A stretch of 64,000 nt of DNA from Eledone cirrhosa. Lineage: Eukaryota. The stretch is from the NCBI GenBank assembly GCA_964016885.1, contig OZ024744.1, forward strand, positions 10,106,001 to 10,170,000. Reading direction: 5' to 3'. The first letter of the stretch is position 1. Every line of letters starts with the position of its first letter. The notes under the pieces are model-generated. The model did no database searches. It worked only from the letters and a program-made list of their open reading frames with translations, and was not told the DNA's origin. Position numbers and translations under genes: made by a program. Positions 1 to 13,290 of the stretch are shown here, piece by piece.

Positions 1-44
1 GAAAGAAACAACATCAGCAACGTAATCATCGCTCACAGAATTAC

Positions 45-695
45 ATGAAAAGAATCACGAAAGCTGAGCTAGTCAAGGCGATCCTTGGTGAAGTTCCCCA
101 CGATACTCATAGTTTGAATGTGCCAATAACAATCCAGAACAGACTTTTCACAATAGTATTGGACAGAGCTACTACAGGCAATTTTGTTTCCTTGTCAGGT
201 TGGAAACAATTAGGAAAACCGAAGCTGCAAGATGTCAAACATCGGTTTGAATCTGCCAGCAAGCACGACCTGCCCGTTCTGGGAACTTTCAAGGATCCAA
301 CGACCGGTAAACGGAATTCAATACCCTACATCGTCACCAAGATCCCTGATCTTAATTTGCTGGGACGAAACGCTAACCAGGCTCTGGGAATTTCTGTGGA
401 CAATGCTCTAGGATTGAAAAGCATAGACAGCCAGACCAAGAGTGAGGGTGCAGAAGTGATGCATCCAAAGACCTCAAATGAGCCCTATATTTCCATGCAA
501 CGAGATTGTCACAACATGTGTGATGAATTCCCAGATCTCTTCAAGCAAGAATTGGGATGTCTTAATGACTTCGAACTGGAAGTGAAGTTCAAGTCGGACG
601 CGACACCGGTCTTTCACAAGGCACGCCCGGTCCCGTTTGCTCTTCGTGATGACCTGGCCAAAGGTTACGAAGAAGGCATCGCCAAAGGAATCTGA
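45..695 (+). pseudogene. Retropepsin-like aspartic protease region and linker
   Basis: IVLDRATTGN at the catalytic-site position (Asp codon 162-164; Arg AGA where Thr ACA is expected), C-terminal NLLGRN motif, then FPDLF...ARPVPFALR pre-RT motif. Confidence 0.75.
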
Positions 696-1400
696 AAGCC
701 AATACAGTTCAACGAATACGGAACGCCAGTGGTACCGATTGGTAAAGCACATACTTCAGGCAACCTGAAGCCCAAACTACGGATTTGTGGTGACTACTCT
801 GTGGGAATTAATGACCAACTTGCAGATCATCGTCATCCAATGCCACTCCCAGAGGAACTGATGCAGAAGCTCGGAGGTGGATTCGGATACACAAAGATTG
901 ATCTTGCTGATGCCTATAATCAGATCAAGCTGGCTCCAGAAAGTCAACGCAGGCTTGCACTCAGCACTCACCGTGGGATGCTCCTACAGGAACGACTCCC
1001 TTTCGGAATCAAGTCAGCACCTGGTTACTTTCAGGAGATCATGGAAAACCTGACTCAAGATCTACCTGGTGTGGCCGTCTTCCAGGACGACATGCTCGTC
1101 AGTGGGAAAGATGCAAACGATCACCTGAACAACCTAAAGTGTCTGCTCACACGTCTGTGCGACAAAGGACTCAGATGTCGCCGTGACAAGTGCCAGTTTG
1201 CACTACCCAGTGTGGAATACCTTGGACACACCTTGTCGGCTGAAGGGATCGCGAAGGGATCCAAGGTCGAAGCAGTTTTAAAGATGCCACCTCCAACGAA
1301 CGTCTCAAGCTTGAAGTCTTTCCTGGGTTCAGTTCAGTTCTATGGAAAGTTTATCCCAAACCTGGCCAGCATGGCAGAGCCACTCTATTGCCTTACGAAA
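696..1400 (+). pseudogene. Reverse transcriptase domain
   Basis: LRICGDY, KIDLADAYNQI, RLPFGIKSAPGYFQ, FQDD (1080-1091), KCQF, VEYLGH, LKSFLGSVQFYGKFIPNLA motifs; same frame as 45..695 across the stop. Confidence 0.95.
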
Positions 1401-1405
1401 AAAAA

Positions 1406-2325
1406 CGACTACTTGGAAGTGGGGAGGTGAAGAACAGTCAGCTTTCGATCAGTCGAAAAATGTGCTTTCATCGGATCGAGTTCTGATACACTTCGATCCA
1501 AACAAAACTTTGGGACTGGCTTGCGACGCGTCAAACGTTGGTATTGGAGCAGTCCTGTTTCATCGCTATCCTGATGGAAGCGAGCGCCCAATATCCAATG
1601 TGTCCAAGACTCTTACTTCTGCACAGCGTAACTACGGCCAAATTCAAAAGGAAGCCCTGGCCATCATATTTGGCTTGCAGAAGTTCTATCAGTATCTGTA
1701 CGGACATCAGTTTATACTCGTAACTGACCACAAGCCACTGACATCACTGTTCAGTCCGAGGAAAGGGACGCCACTTCTCGCTGCTAACCGACTAGCACGG
1801 TGGGCCTTGTGGCTGAACCAGTTTGACTACACCATCGAATATCGGAAAACAGCGGATCATGGCAATGCAGATGCCCTCAGTCGCTTGCCATTTGGTAATG
1901 ACATCGTCTTTGACAGGAAGGAAAATGGTGAAGACATGGACATGGTGTGCGCCATCAAAGCTCTCAGTCTTCAAGTCCAACCTATCGATTCTAACGTCCT
2001 CCGTCAAGAGTCAGGGAAAGATCCAGTGATATCTACAGTGATATGCTACGTCCGTGAAGGCTGGCCACCAAAGAATACTGAGATCAATGACGAAGTAAAT
2101 AAGTTCCGGAAGTTATCGGATTCACTCAGTATCTGCCACGGATGCCTTATCCATGGATCGAGAGTTGTGATTCCACATAGCTTACAGCCAAAGATCCTCA
2201 ATCTTCTGCATCTCGGACACTTTGGCATGGAGCGCATGAAACAATTGGCAAGAACTGCTGTTTATTGGCCTGGTATCGATGCTGCTATAGAGAAAACCAG
2301 TCGACAATGTGATTCATGTGGTGAA
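1406..2325 (+). pseudogene. RNase H domain plus integrase HHCC zinc finger
   Basis: LACDASNVGIGAVL, EALAIIFG, LVTDHKPL, NADALSR; then LLHLGHFG...YWPGID...CDSC. Confidence 0.93.
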
Positions 2326-3320
2326 ATCAAAACCAGCCATCCAAGTCTCCAGTTCACCCATGGATGTTACCTGAAAAGCCGTGGAGCCGCTTACACCTGG
2401 ACCACGCAATAAATTTCATGGGCAGTAATTGGTTGGTGATCACGGATGCTTATTCCAAGTATCCATGCATTCATCCTACGTCATCCACGTCCTCCAGAGC
2501 CACTTTAGATCTGCTTGAAGAAGACTTTGCGCACTTCGGATTTCCTCACACGCTAGTCACCGATAACGCACCAACTTTTATTTCTGAGGAGTTCCAGAGC
2601 TGGTGCAAAGTACGTGGGATCACGCACCTGACAGGGGCACCTTACCACCCAGCTACTAACGGAGCAGCGGAACGTTTGGTGCAGACCTTCAAACAAGCTC
2701 TGAGGAAGACTTCTCTTCCGCCGAAGCGAGCACTTCAAGAGTTCTTGATACAGTACCGGAGAACACCGACATCCAGTGGATCCTCTCCGAGTGAACTTTT
2801 GAATCACCGGCAGATACGGACAAGGATTGATTCTCTGCTGCCCTCGCCAGCACACATCGCTCAAGGCATGCAGTCTAAGGAAGCATATAAGTCTCAGATG
2901 ACTCCGGACTCGGCAGGTGTCGCTAAGGTTACCAGGCAGTACAAGGCTGGAGATCCTGTGTATGCACTGTACTACGGACCTCGCCGAGACAAAGATCCCC
3001 GTTGGGTACCAGCAATCATTAAGAAGTCATTGGGTACTCGCTGCTTCAACGTTAAGGTCATACCGCATGGCCCGGTGTGGAGACGACACTGGGAACAGCT
3101 GCAACCGCGGTACACAACTGAGGAAGACAATGAACCTGGTGATGCAGTAGACACTGTTTTTGAATTTGCAACAGATCACCCGATGGAGATCTCGGAAATC
3201 GTGCCACTAACTCCAAGACAGACCAGACCCAAGACCTTATTGCCCGTTCCAAAGTATGGACCAGACAATCGAAGACGGTCCAAGAGAACTCGTAAACCCA
3301 CAGAGAGACTTTGCTGTTGA
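2326..3320 (+). pseudogene. Integrase catalytic core and C-terminal tail
   Basis: PWSRLHLDHA (D), LVTDNAP (D), PATNGAAER (E) with 35 residues between second D and E; no chromodomain recognisable. Confidence 0.95.
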
Positions 3321-3343
3321 TGCTTCTTTTGTCGCATCAATTT

Positions 3344-3354
3344 AGGTAGGGAGG
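3344..3354 (+). promoter_or_regulatory. Polypurine tract (plus-strand primer)
   Basis: AGGTAGGGAGG immediately before the TG that opens the LTR. Confidence 0.88.
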
Positions 3355-3630
3355 TGTTGTATGGACTGGAAATCGAACTCACAACGTCATTGTTGTATGG
3401 ACTGTTGAATTCGTTTTATTCAATTTACAAGTGCTCACACATATGCATATGAATCACGTGACCTGGGCAGTCAATCAGCGTTGGGATTAAAAACTCGGTC
3501 ACAGACTATTTACTTACTTTATGTTATTATGCTACTTTGAGGAGGGGCGTTTTTGTTGTTTCGTATAATACACAAATTATTTGATATAACTCGTTGTGTT
3601 TTCTCTGCGAGTACCGAGAGCAATACAACA
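3355..3630 (+). repeat. 3' long terminal repeat, 276 bp
   Basis: Starts TGTTGTAT, ends ATACAACA (perfect 8-bp inverted repeat, TG...CA); follows the PPT; satellite begins at the next base. 5' LTR is outside the window so direct-repeat status is not confirmed. Confidence 0.88.
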
Positions 3631-6432
3631 ATAGTGTTGTTTTGTACTAAATGTTTATAGTATCTTTAATGGTGGACACATTGTTGTGAATATTTACAGT
3701 ATTACAGTAAAGACATTAATATTTAATGTGATGTAGTCTTAATGTTGTTTTGTACTAAATGTTTATAGTATCATTACTGGTGGACAGATTGTTGTGAATA
3801 TTTACAGTATTACAGTAAAGACTTTAATATTTAATGTGATGTAGTCATAGTGTTGTTTTGTACTAAATGTTTATAGTATCTTTAATGGTGGACACATTGT
3901 TGTGAATATTTACAGTATTACAGTAAAGAATTTAATATTTAATGTGATGTAGTCTTAGTGTTGTTTTGTACTAAATGTTTATAGTATCTTTACTGGTGGA
4001 CAGATTGTTGTGAATATTTACAGTATTACAGTAAAGACTTTAACATTTAATGTGATGTAGTCATAGTGTTGTTTTGTACTAAATGTTTATAGTATCTATT
4101 CTGGTGGACAGATTATTGTGAATATTTACAGTATTACAGTAAAGACTTTAATATTTAATGTGATGTAGTCATAGTGTTGTTTTGAACTAAATGTTTATAG
4201 TATCTTTACTAGTAGACAGATTGTTGTGAATATTTACAGTATTACAGTAAAGACTTTAATATTTAATGTGATGTAGTCATAGTGTTGTTTTGTACTAAAT
4301 GTTTATAGTATCTTTACTGGTGGACAGATTGTTGTAGAAATTTACAGGATTACAGTAGAGACTTTAATATTTAATGTGATGTAGACATAGTGTTGATTTG
4401 TACTAAATGTTTATAGTATCTTTACTGGTGGACAGATTGTTGTGAATATTTACAGTAAAGAATTTCATATTTAATGTGATGTAGTCATAGTGTTGTTTTG
4501 TACTAAATGTTTGTAGTATCTTTAATTTTTAATGTGATGTAGTCATAGTGTTGTTCTGTACTAAATGTTTATAGTATCTTTACTGGTAGACAGATTGTTG
4601 TGAATATTTACAGTATTACAGTAAAGACTTTAATATTTAATGTGATGTAGTCATAGTGTTGTTTTGTACTAAATGTTTATAGTATCTTTACTAGTAGACA
4701 GATTGTTGTGAATATTTACAGTATTACAGTAAAGACTTTAATATTTAATGTGATGTAGTCATAGTCTTGTTTTGTACTAAATGTTTATAGTATCTTTACT
4801 GGTAGACAGATTGTTGTGAATATTTACAGTATTACAGTAAAGACTTTAATATTTATATATGATGTATTCATAGTTTTGTTTTGTACTAAATGTTTATAGT
4901 ATCTTTATTGGTGGACAGATTGTTGTGAATATTTACAGTATTACAGTAAAGACTTTAATATTTAATGTGATGTAGTCATAGTGTTGTTTTGTACTAAATG
5001 TTTGTAGTATTTTTTATTTTTAATGTGATGTTGTCATAGTGTTGTTTTGTACTAAATGTTTATAGTATCTTTCCTGGTAGACAGATTGTTGCGAATATAT
5101 ACAGTATTACAGTAAAGATTTTATATTTAATGTGATGTAGTCATAGTGTTGTTTTGTACTAAATGTCTATAGTATCTTTACTGGTGGACAGATTGTTGTG
5201 AATAATTACAGTATTACAGCAAATACTTTAATATTTAATGTGATGTAGACATAGTGTTGTTTTGTACTAAATGTTTATAGTATCTTTACTGGTGGACAGA
5301 TTGTTGTGAATATTTACAGTATTACAGTAAAGACTTTAATATTTAATGTGATGTAGTCATAGTGTTGTTAGTACTAAATGTTTATATTATCATTACTGTT
5401 AGACAGATTGTTGTGAAAATTTACTGCAGTAAAGACATTAATATTTAATGTGATGTATTCATAGTGTTGTTTTGTACTAAATGTTTATAGTATCTTTACT
5501 AGTAGACAGATTGTTGTGAATATTTACAGTATTACAGTAAAGACTTTAATATTTAATGTGATGTAGTCTTAATGTTGTTTTGTACTAAATGTTTATAGTA
5601 TCATTACTGGTGGACAGATTGTTGTAAATATTTACAGTATTACTGTAAACACTTTAATATTTAATGTGATGTTGTCATAATGTCGTTTTGTCCTAAATGT
5701 TTATATTATCTTTTCTGGTGGACAGATTGTTGTGAGAATTTACAGTATTACAGTAAAGACTTTAGTATTTAATGTGATGTAGTCATAGTGTTGTTTTGAA
5801 CTAAATGTTTATAGTATCTTTACTAGTAGACAGATTGTTGTGAATATTTACAGTAGTACAGTAAAGACTTTAATATTTAATGTGATGTAGTCATAGTGTT
5901 GTTTTGTACTAAATGTTTATAGTATCTTTACTGGTGGACAGATTGTTGTGAATATATACAGTATTACAGTAAAGACTTTAATATTTAATGTGATGTAGTC
6001 ATAGTCTTGTTTTGTACTAAATGTTTATAGTATCTTTACTGGTGGACAGATTATTGTGAATATTTACAGTATTACAGTAAAGACTTTCTTATTTAATGTG
6101 ATGTAGTGATAGTGTTGTTTTGTACTAAATGTTTATAGTATCTTTACTGGTAGACAGATTGTTGTGAGTATTTACAGTATTACAGTAAACACTTTAATAT
6201 TTAATGTGATGTTGTCATAGTGTCGTTTTGTCCTAAATGTTTATATTATCTTTTCTGGTGGACAGATTGTTGTGAGAATTTACAGTATTACAGTAGAGAC
6301 TTTAATATTTAATGTGATGTAGACATAGTGTTGTTTTGTACTAAATATTTAAAGTATCTTTACTGGTGGACAGATTGTTGTGAATACTTACAGTATTACA
6401 GTAAAGACTTTAATATTTAATGTGATGTAGTC

Positions 6433-9400
6433 ATAGGGTTGTTTTGTACTAAATGTTTATAGTATCTTTACTGATGGACAGATTGTTGTGAATATTTACA
6501 GTATTACAGTAAAGACTTTAATATTTAATGTGATGTAGTCATAGTGTTGTTTAGTACTAAATGTTTATAGTATCTTTAATGGTGGACACATTGTTGTGAA
6601 TATTTACAGTATTACAGTAAAGAATTTAATATTTAATGTGATGTAGTCTTAGTGTTATTTTGTACTAAATGTTTATAGTATCTTTTCTGGTGGACAGATT
6701 ATTGTGAATATTTACAGTATTACAGTAAAGACTTTAATATTTAACGTGATGTAGTCATAGTGTTGTTTTGTACTATATGTTTATAGTATCTTTACTGGTG
6801 GACAGATTGTTGTGAACATTTACAGTATTACAGTAAAGACTTTAATATTTAATGTGATGTAGTCATAGTTTTGTTTTGTACTAAATGTTTATAGTATCTT
6901 TACTGGTGGACAGATTGTTGTAGAAATTTACAGGATTACAGTAGAGACTTTAATATTTAATGTGATGTAGACATAGTGTTGTTTTGTACTAAATGTTTAT
7001 AGTATCTTTACTGGTGGACAGATTGTTGTGAATATTTACAGTAAAGAATTTCATATTTAATGTGATGTAGTCATAGTGTTGTTTTGTACTAAATGTTTGT
7101 AGTATCATTAATTTTTAATGTGATGTAGTCATAGTGTTGTTTTGTACTAAATGTTTATAGTATCTTTACTGGTAGACAGATTGTTGTGAATATTTACAGT
7201 ATTACAGTAAAGACTTTAATATTTAATGTGATGTAGTCATAGTCTTGTTTTGTACTAAATGTTTATAGTATATTTACTGGTAGACAGATTGTCGTGAATA
7301 TTTACAGTATTACAGTAAAAACTTTAATATTTATCTGTGATGTATTCATAGTTTTGTTTTGTACTAAATGTTTATAGTATCTTTACTGGTGGACAGATTG
7401 TTGTGAATATTTACAGTATTACAGTAAAGACTTTAATATTTGTGTGATGTAGTCATAGTGTTGTTTTGTACTAAATGTTTGTAGTATCTTTAATTTTTAA
7501 TGTGATGTAGTCATAGTGTTGTTTTGTACTAAATGTTTATTGTATCTTTACTGGTAGACAGATTGTTGCGAATATATACAGTATTACAGTAAAGACTTTA
7601 ATATTTAATGTGATGTAGTCATAGTGTTGTTAGTACTAAATGTTTATATTATCATTACTGTTAGACAGATTGTTGTGAAAATTTACTACAGTAAAGACAT
7701 TAATATTTAATGTGATGTAGTCATAGTGTTGTTTTGTACTAAATGTTTATAGTATCTTTACTAGTAGACAGATTGTTGTGAATATTTACAGTATTACAGT
7801 AAAGACTTTAATATTTAATGTGATGTAGTCATAGTGTTGTTTTGTACTAAATGTTTATAGTATCTTTATTGGTAGACAGATTGTTGTGAATATTTACAGT
7901 ACTACAGTAAGGCTTTAATATTTAATGTGATGTAGTCATAGTGTTGTTTTGTACTAAATGTTTATAGTATCTTTACTGGTGGACAGATTGTTGTGAATAT
8001 TTACAGTAAAGAATTTCATATTTAATGTGATGTAGTCATAGTGTTGTTTTGTACTAAGTGTTTATAGTATCTTTACTAGTAGACAGATTGTTGTGAATAT
8101 TTACAGTATTACAGTAAAGACTTTAATATTTAATGTGATGTAGTCATAGTCTTGTTTTGTACTAAATGTTTATAGTATCTTTATTGGTAGACAGATTGTT
8201 GTGAATATTTACAGTATTACAGTAAAGAGTTTAATATTTATATGTGATGTATTCATAGTTTTGTTTTGTACTAAATGTTTATAGTATCTTTACTGGTAGA
8301 CAGATTGTTGTGAATATTTACAGTATTACAGTAAAGACTTTAATATTTAATGTGATGTAGTTATAGTGTTGTTTTGTACTAAATGTTTGTAGTATCTTTA
8401 ATTTTTAATGTTATGTAGTCATAGTGTTGTTTTGTACTAAATGTTTATAGTATCTTTACTGGTAGACAGATTTGTTGCGAATATATACAGTATTACAGTA
8501 AAGACTTTTATATTTAATGTGATGTAATCATAGTGTTGTTTTGTACTAAATGTTTATAGTATCTTTACTGGGGGACAGATTGTTGTGAATAATTACAGTA
8601 TTACAGCAAACACTTTAATATTTAATGTGATGTAGTCATAGTGTTGTTTTGTACTAAATGTTTATAGTATCTTTACTGGTGGACAGATTGTTGTGAATAT
8701 TTACAGTATTACAGTAAAAACTTTAATATTTAACGTGATGTAGTCATAGTGTTGTTAGTATTAAATGTTTATATTATCATTACTATTAGACAGATTGTTG
8801 TGAAAATTTACTACAGTAAAGACATTAATATTTAATGTGATGTATTCATAGTGTTGTTTTGTACTAAATGTTTATAGTATCTTTACTAGTAGACAGATTG
8901 TTGTGAATATTTACAGTATTACAGTAAAGACTTTAATATTTAATGTGATGTAGTCTTAATGTTGTTTTGTACTAAATGTTTATAGTATCATTACTGGTGG
9001 ACAGATTGTTGTGAATATTTACAGTATTACAGTAAAGACTTTAATATTTAACGTGATGTAGTCATAGTGTTGTTTTGTACTAAATGTTTATAGTATCTTT
9101 ACTGGTGGACAGATTGTTGTGAATATTTACAGTAAAGAATTTCATATTTAATGTGATGTAGTCATAGTGTTGTTTTGTACTAAATGTTTATACTATCTTT
9201 ACTAGTAGACAGATTGTTGTGAATATTTACAGTATTACAGTAAAGACTTTAACATTTAACGTGATGTAGTCATAGTGTTGTTTAGTACTAAATGTTTACA
9301 GTATCTTTTCTGGTGGACAGATTATTGTGAATATTTACAGTATTACAGTAAAGACTCTAATATTTAATGTGATGTAGTCATAGTGTTGTTTTGAACTAAA

Positions 9401-12400
9401 TGTTTATAGTATCTTTACTAGTAGACAGATTGTTGTGAATATTTACAGTATTACAGTAAAGACTTTAATATTTAATGTGATGTAGTCATAGTCTTGTTTT
9501 GTACTAAATGTTTGTAGTATCTTTAATTTTTAACGTGATGTAGTCATAGTGTTGTTTTGTACTAAATGTTTATAGTATCTTTATTGGAAGACAGACTTTT
9601 GTAAAAATTTACAGTATTACAGTAAAGACTTTAATATTAATGTGATGTAGTCATAGTGTTGTTTTGAACTAAATGTTTATAGTATCTTTACTAGTAGACA
9701 AATTGTTGTGAATATTTACAGTATTACAGTAAATACTTTAATATTTAATGTGATGTAGTCATAGGGTTGTTTTGTACTAAATGTTTATAGTATCTTTACT
9801 GATGGACAGATTGTTGTGAATATTTACAGTATTACAGTAAAGACTTTAATATTTAATGTGATGTAGTCATAGTGTTGTTTAGTACTAAATGTTTATAGTA
9901 TCTTTAATGGTGGACACATTGTTGTGAATATTTACAGTATTACAGTAAAGAATTTAATATTTAATGTGATGTAGTCTTAGTGTTATTTTGTACTAAATGT
10001 TTATAGTATCTTTTCTGGTGGACAGATTATTGTGAATATTTACAGTATTACAGTAAAGACTTTAATATTTAACGTGATGTAGTCATAGTGTTGTTTTGTA
10101 CTATATGTTTATAGTATCTTTACTGGTGGACAGATTGTTGTGAACATTTACAGTATTACAGTAAAGACTTTAATATTTAATGTGATGTAGTCATAGTTTT
10201 GTTTTGTACTAAATGTTTATAGTATCTTTACTGGTGGACAGATTGTTGTAGAAATTTACAGGATTACAGTAGAGACTTTAATATTTAATGTGATGTAGAC
10301 ATAGTGTTGTTTTGTACTAAATGTTTATAGTATCTTTACTGGTGGACAGATTGTTGTGAATATTTACAGTAAAGAATTTCATATTTAATGTGATGTAGTC
10401 ATAGTGTTGTTTTGTACTAAATGTTTGTAGTATCATTAATTTTTAATGTGATGTAGTCATAGTGTTGTTTTGTACTAAATGTTTATAGTATCTTTACTGG
10501 TAGACAGATTGTTGTGAATATTTACAGTATTACAGTAAAGACTTTAATATTTAATGTGATGTTGTCATAGTGTTGTTTTGTACTAAATGTTTATAGTATC
10601 TTTACTGGTGGACAGATTGTTGTGAATATTTACAGTAAAGAATTTCATATTTAATGTGATGTAGTCATAGTGTTGTTTTGTACTAAATGTTTATAGTATC
10701 TTTAATAGTAGACAGATTGTTGTGAATATTTACAGTATTACAGTAAAGACTTTAATATTTAATGTGATGTAGTCATAGTCTTGTTTTGTACTAAATGTTT
10801 ATAGTATATTTACTGGTAGACAGATTATCGTGAATATTTACAGTATTACAGTAAAAACTTTAATATTTATATGTGATGTATTCATAGTTTTGTTTTGTAC
10901 TAAATGTTTATAGTATCTTTACTGGTGGACAGATTGTTGTGAATATTTACAGTATTACAGTAAAGACTTTAATATTTGTGTGATGTAGTCATAGTGTTGT
11001 TTTGTACTAAATGTTTGTAGTATCTTTAATTTTTAATGTGATGTAGTCATAGTGTTGTTTTGTACTAAATGTTTATAGTATCTTTACTGGTAGACAGATT
11101 GTTGCGAATATATACAGTATTACAGTAAAGACTTTAATATTTAATGTGATGTAGTCATAGTGTTGTTAGTACTAAATGTTTATATTATCATTACTGTTAG
11201 ACAGATTGTTGTGAAAATTTACTACAGTAAAGACATTAATATTTAATGTGATGTAGTCATAGTGTTGTTTTGTACTAAATGTTTATAGTATCTTTACTAG
11301 TAGACAGATTGTTGTGAATATTTACAGTATTACAGTAAAGACTTTAATATTTAATGTGATGTAGTCATAGTGTTGTTTTGTACTAAATGTTTATAGTATC
11401 TTTATTGGTAGACAGATTGTTGTGAATATTTACAGTACTACAGTAAAGACTTTAATATTTAATGTGATGTAGTCATAGTGTTGTTTTGTACTAAATGTTT
11501 ATAGTATCTTTACTGGTGGACAGATTGTTGTGAATATTTACAGTAAAGAATTTCATATTTAATGTGATGTAGTCATAGTGTTGTTTTGTACTAAGTGTTT
11601 ATAGTATCTTTACTAGTAGACAGATTGTTGTGAATATTTACAGTATTACAGTAAAGACTTTAATATTTAATGTGATGTAGTCATAGTCTTGTTTTGTACT
11701 AAATGTTTATAGTATCTTTATTGGTAGACAGATTGTTGTGAATATTTACAGTATTACAGTAAAGAGTTTAATATTTATATGTGATGTATTCATAGTTTTG
11801 TTTTGTACTAAATGTTTATAGTATCTTTACTGGTAGACAGATTGTTGTGAATATTTACAGTATTACAGTAAAGACTTTAATATTTAATGTGATGTAGTTA
11901 TAGTGTTGTTTTGTACTAAATGTTTGTAGTATCTTTAATTTTTAATGTTATGTAGTCATAGTGTTGTTTTGTACTAAATGTTTATAGTATCTTTACTGGT
12001 AGACAGATTTGTTGCGAATATATACAGTATTACAGTAAAGACTTTTATATTTAATGTGATGTAGTCATAGTGTTGTTTTGTACTAAATGTTTATAGTATC
12101 TTTACTGGTGGACAGATTGTTGTGAATAATTACAGTATTACAGCAAACACTTTAATATTTAATGTGATGTAGTCATAGTGTTGTTTTGTACTAAATGTTT
12201 ATAGTATCTTTACTGGTGGACAGATTGTTGTGAATATTTACAGTATTACAGTAAAAACTTTAATATTTAACGTGATGTAGTCATAGTGTTGTTAGTACTA
12301 AATGTTTATATTATCATTACTATTAGACAGATTGTTGTGAAAATTTACTACAGTAAAGACATTAATATTTAATGTGATGTATTCATAGTGTTGTTTTGTA

Positions 12401-13290
12401 CTAAATGTTTATAGTATCTTTACTAGTAGACAGATTGTTGTGAATATTTACAGTATTACAGTAAAGACTTTAATATTTAATGTGATGTAGTCTTAATGTT
12501 GTTTTGTACTAAATGTTTATAGTATCATTACTGGTGGACAGATTGTTGTGAATATTTACAGTATTACAGTAAAGACTTTAATATTTAACGTGATGTAGTC
12601 ATAGTGTTGTTTTGTACTAAATGTTTATAGTATCTTTACTGGTGGACAGATTGTTGTGAATATTTACAGTAAAGAATTTCATATTTAATGTGATGTAGTC
12701 ATAGTGTTGTTTTGTACTAAATGTTTATACTATCTTTACTAGTAGACAGATTGTTGTGAATATTTACAGTATTACAGTAAAGACTTTAACATTTAACGTG
12801 ATGTAGTCATAGTGTTGTTTAGTACTAAATGTTTACAGTATCTTTTCTGGTGGACAGATTATTGTGAATATTTACAGTATTACAGTAAAGACTCTAATAT
12901 TTAATGTGATGTAGTCATAGTGTTGTTTTGAACTAAATGTTTATAGTATCTCTACTAGTAGACAGATTGTTGTGAATATTTACAGTATTACAGTAAAGAC
13001 TTTAATATTTAATGTGATGTAGTCATAGTCTTGTTTTGTACTAAATGTTTGTAGTATCTTTAATTTTTAACGTGATGTAGTCATAGTGTTGTTTTGTACT
13101 AAATGTTTATAGTATCTTTATTGGAAGACAGACTTTTGTAAAAATTTACAGTATTACAGTAAAGACTTTAATATTAATGTGATGTAGTCATAGTGTTGTT
13201 TTGAACTAAATGTTTATAGTATCTTTACTAGTAGACAAATTGTTGTGAATATTTACAGTATTACAGTAAATACTTTAATATTTAATGTGA
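6433..13290. repeat. Tandem segmental duplication in the satellite (~3.3 kb unit; second copy ~209 bp longer)
   Basis: Rare markers ATAGGGTT at 6433/9761 (offset 3328) and TTGGAAGACAGACTTTT at 9584/13121 (offset 3537). Confidence 0.85.

Larger units (their letters stand above)
3..3320 (+). pseudogene. pol: Disrupted gag-pol polyprotein
   Basis: Frame is open from position 3 (KKQHQQRNHRSQNYM...). In-frame TGA at 693-695 replaces Trp (GI*KPIQ). One extra A in the A8 run at 1398-1405. One base missing at ~2325/2326 (CGE|xQNQPSKSPVHPW). Native stop TGA at 3318-3320. Confidence 0.92.
1..3630 (+). mobile_element. Ty3/Gypsy LTR retrotransposon, 3' portion (5' LTR and most of gag lie left of the window); K02A2.6-like/Mag-type organisation
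   Basis: Domain order PR-RT-RNaseH-IN diagnostic of Ty3/Gypsy, followed by PPT and an LTR bounded by TG...CA. Clade assignment is from recalled motif style only (no chromodomain, basic RRSKRTRKP tail, short LTR). Confidence 0.95.

Noticed and set aside
693-1405. Programmed readthrough at 693 or frameshift at the A8 run
   Set aside because: Both lie within pol rather than at a gag/pol boundary, and each is explained by a single mutation.
3355-3362. Satellites derived from the LTR terminus (shared TGTTGTA)
   Set aside because: Match is only ~7 bp of low-complexity sequence and TGTTG starts are common in LTRs.
107-3382. Short antisense and alternative-frame ORFs over pol
   Set aside because: No recognisable motifs; shadows of the pol frame.
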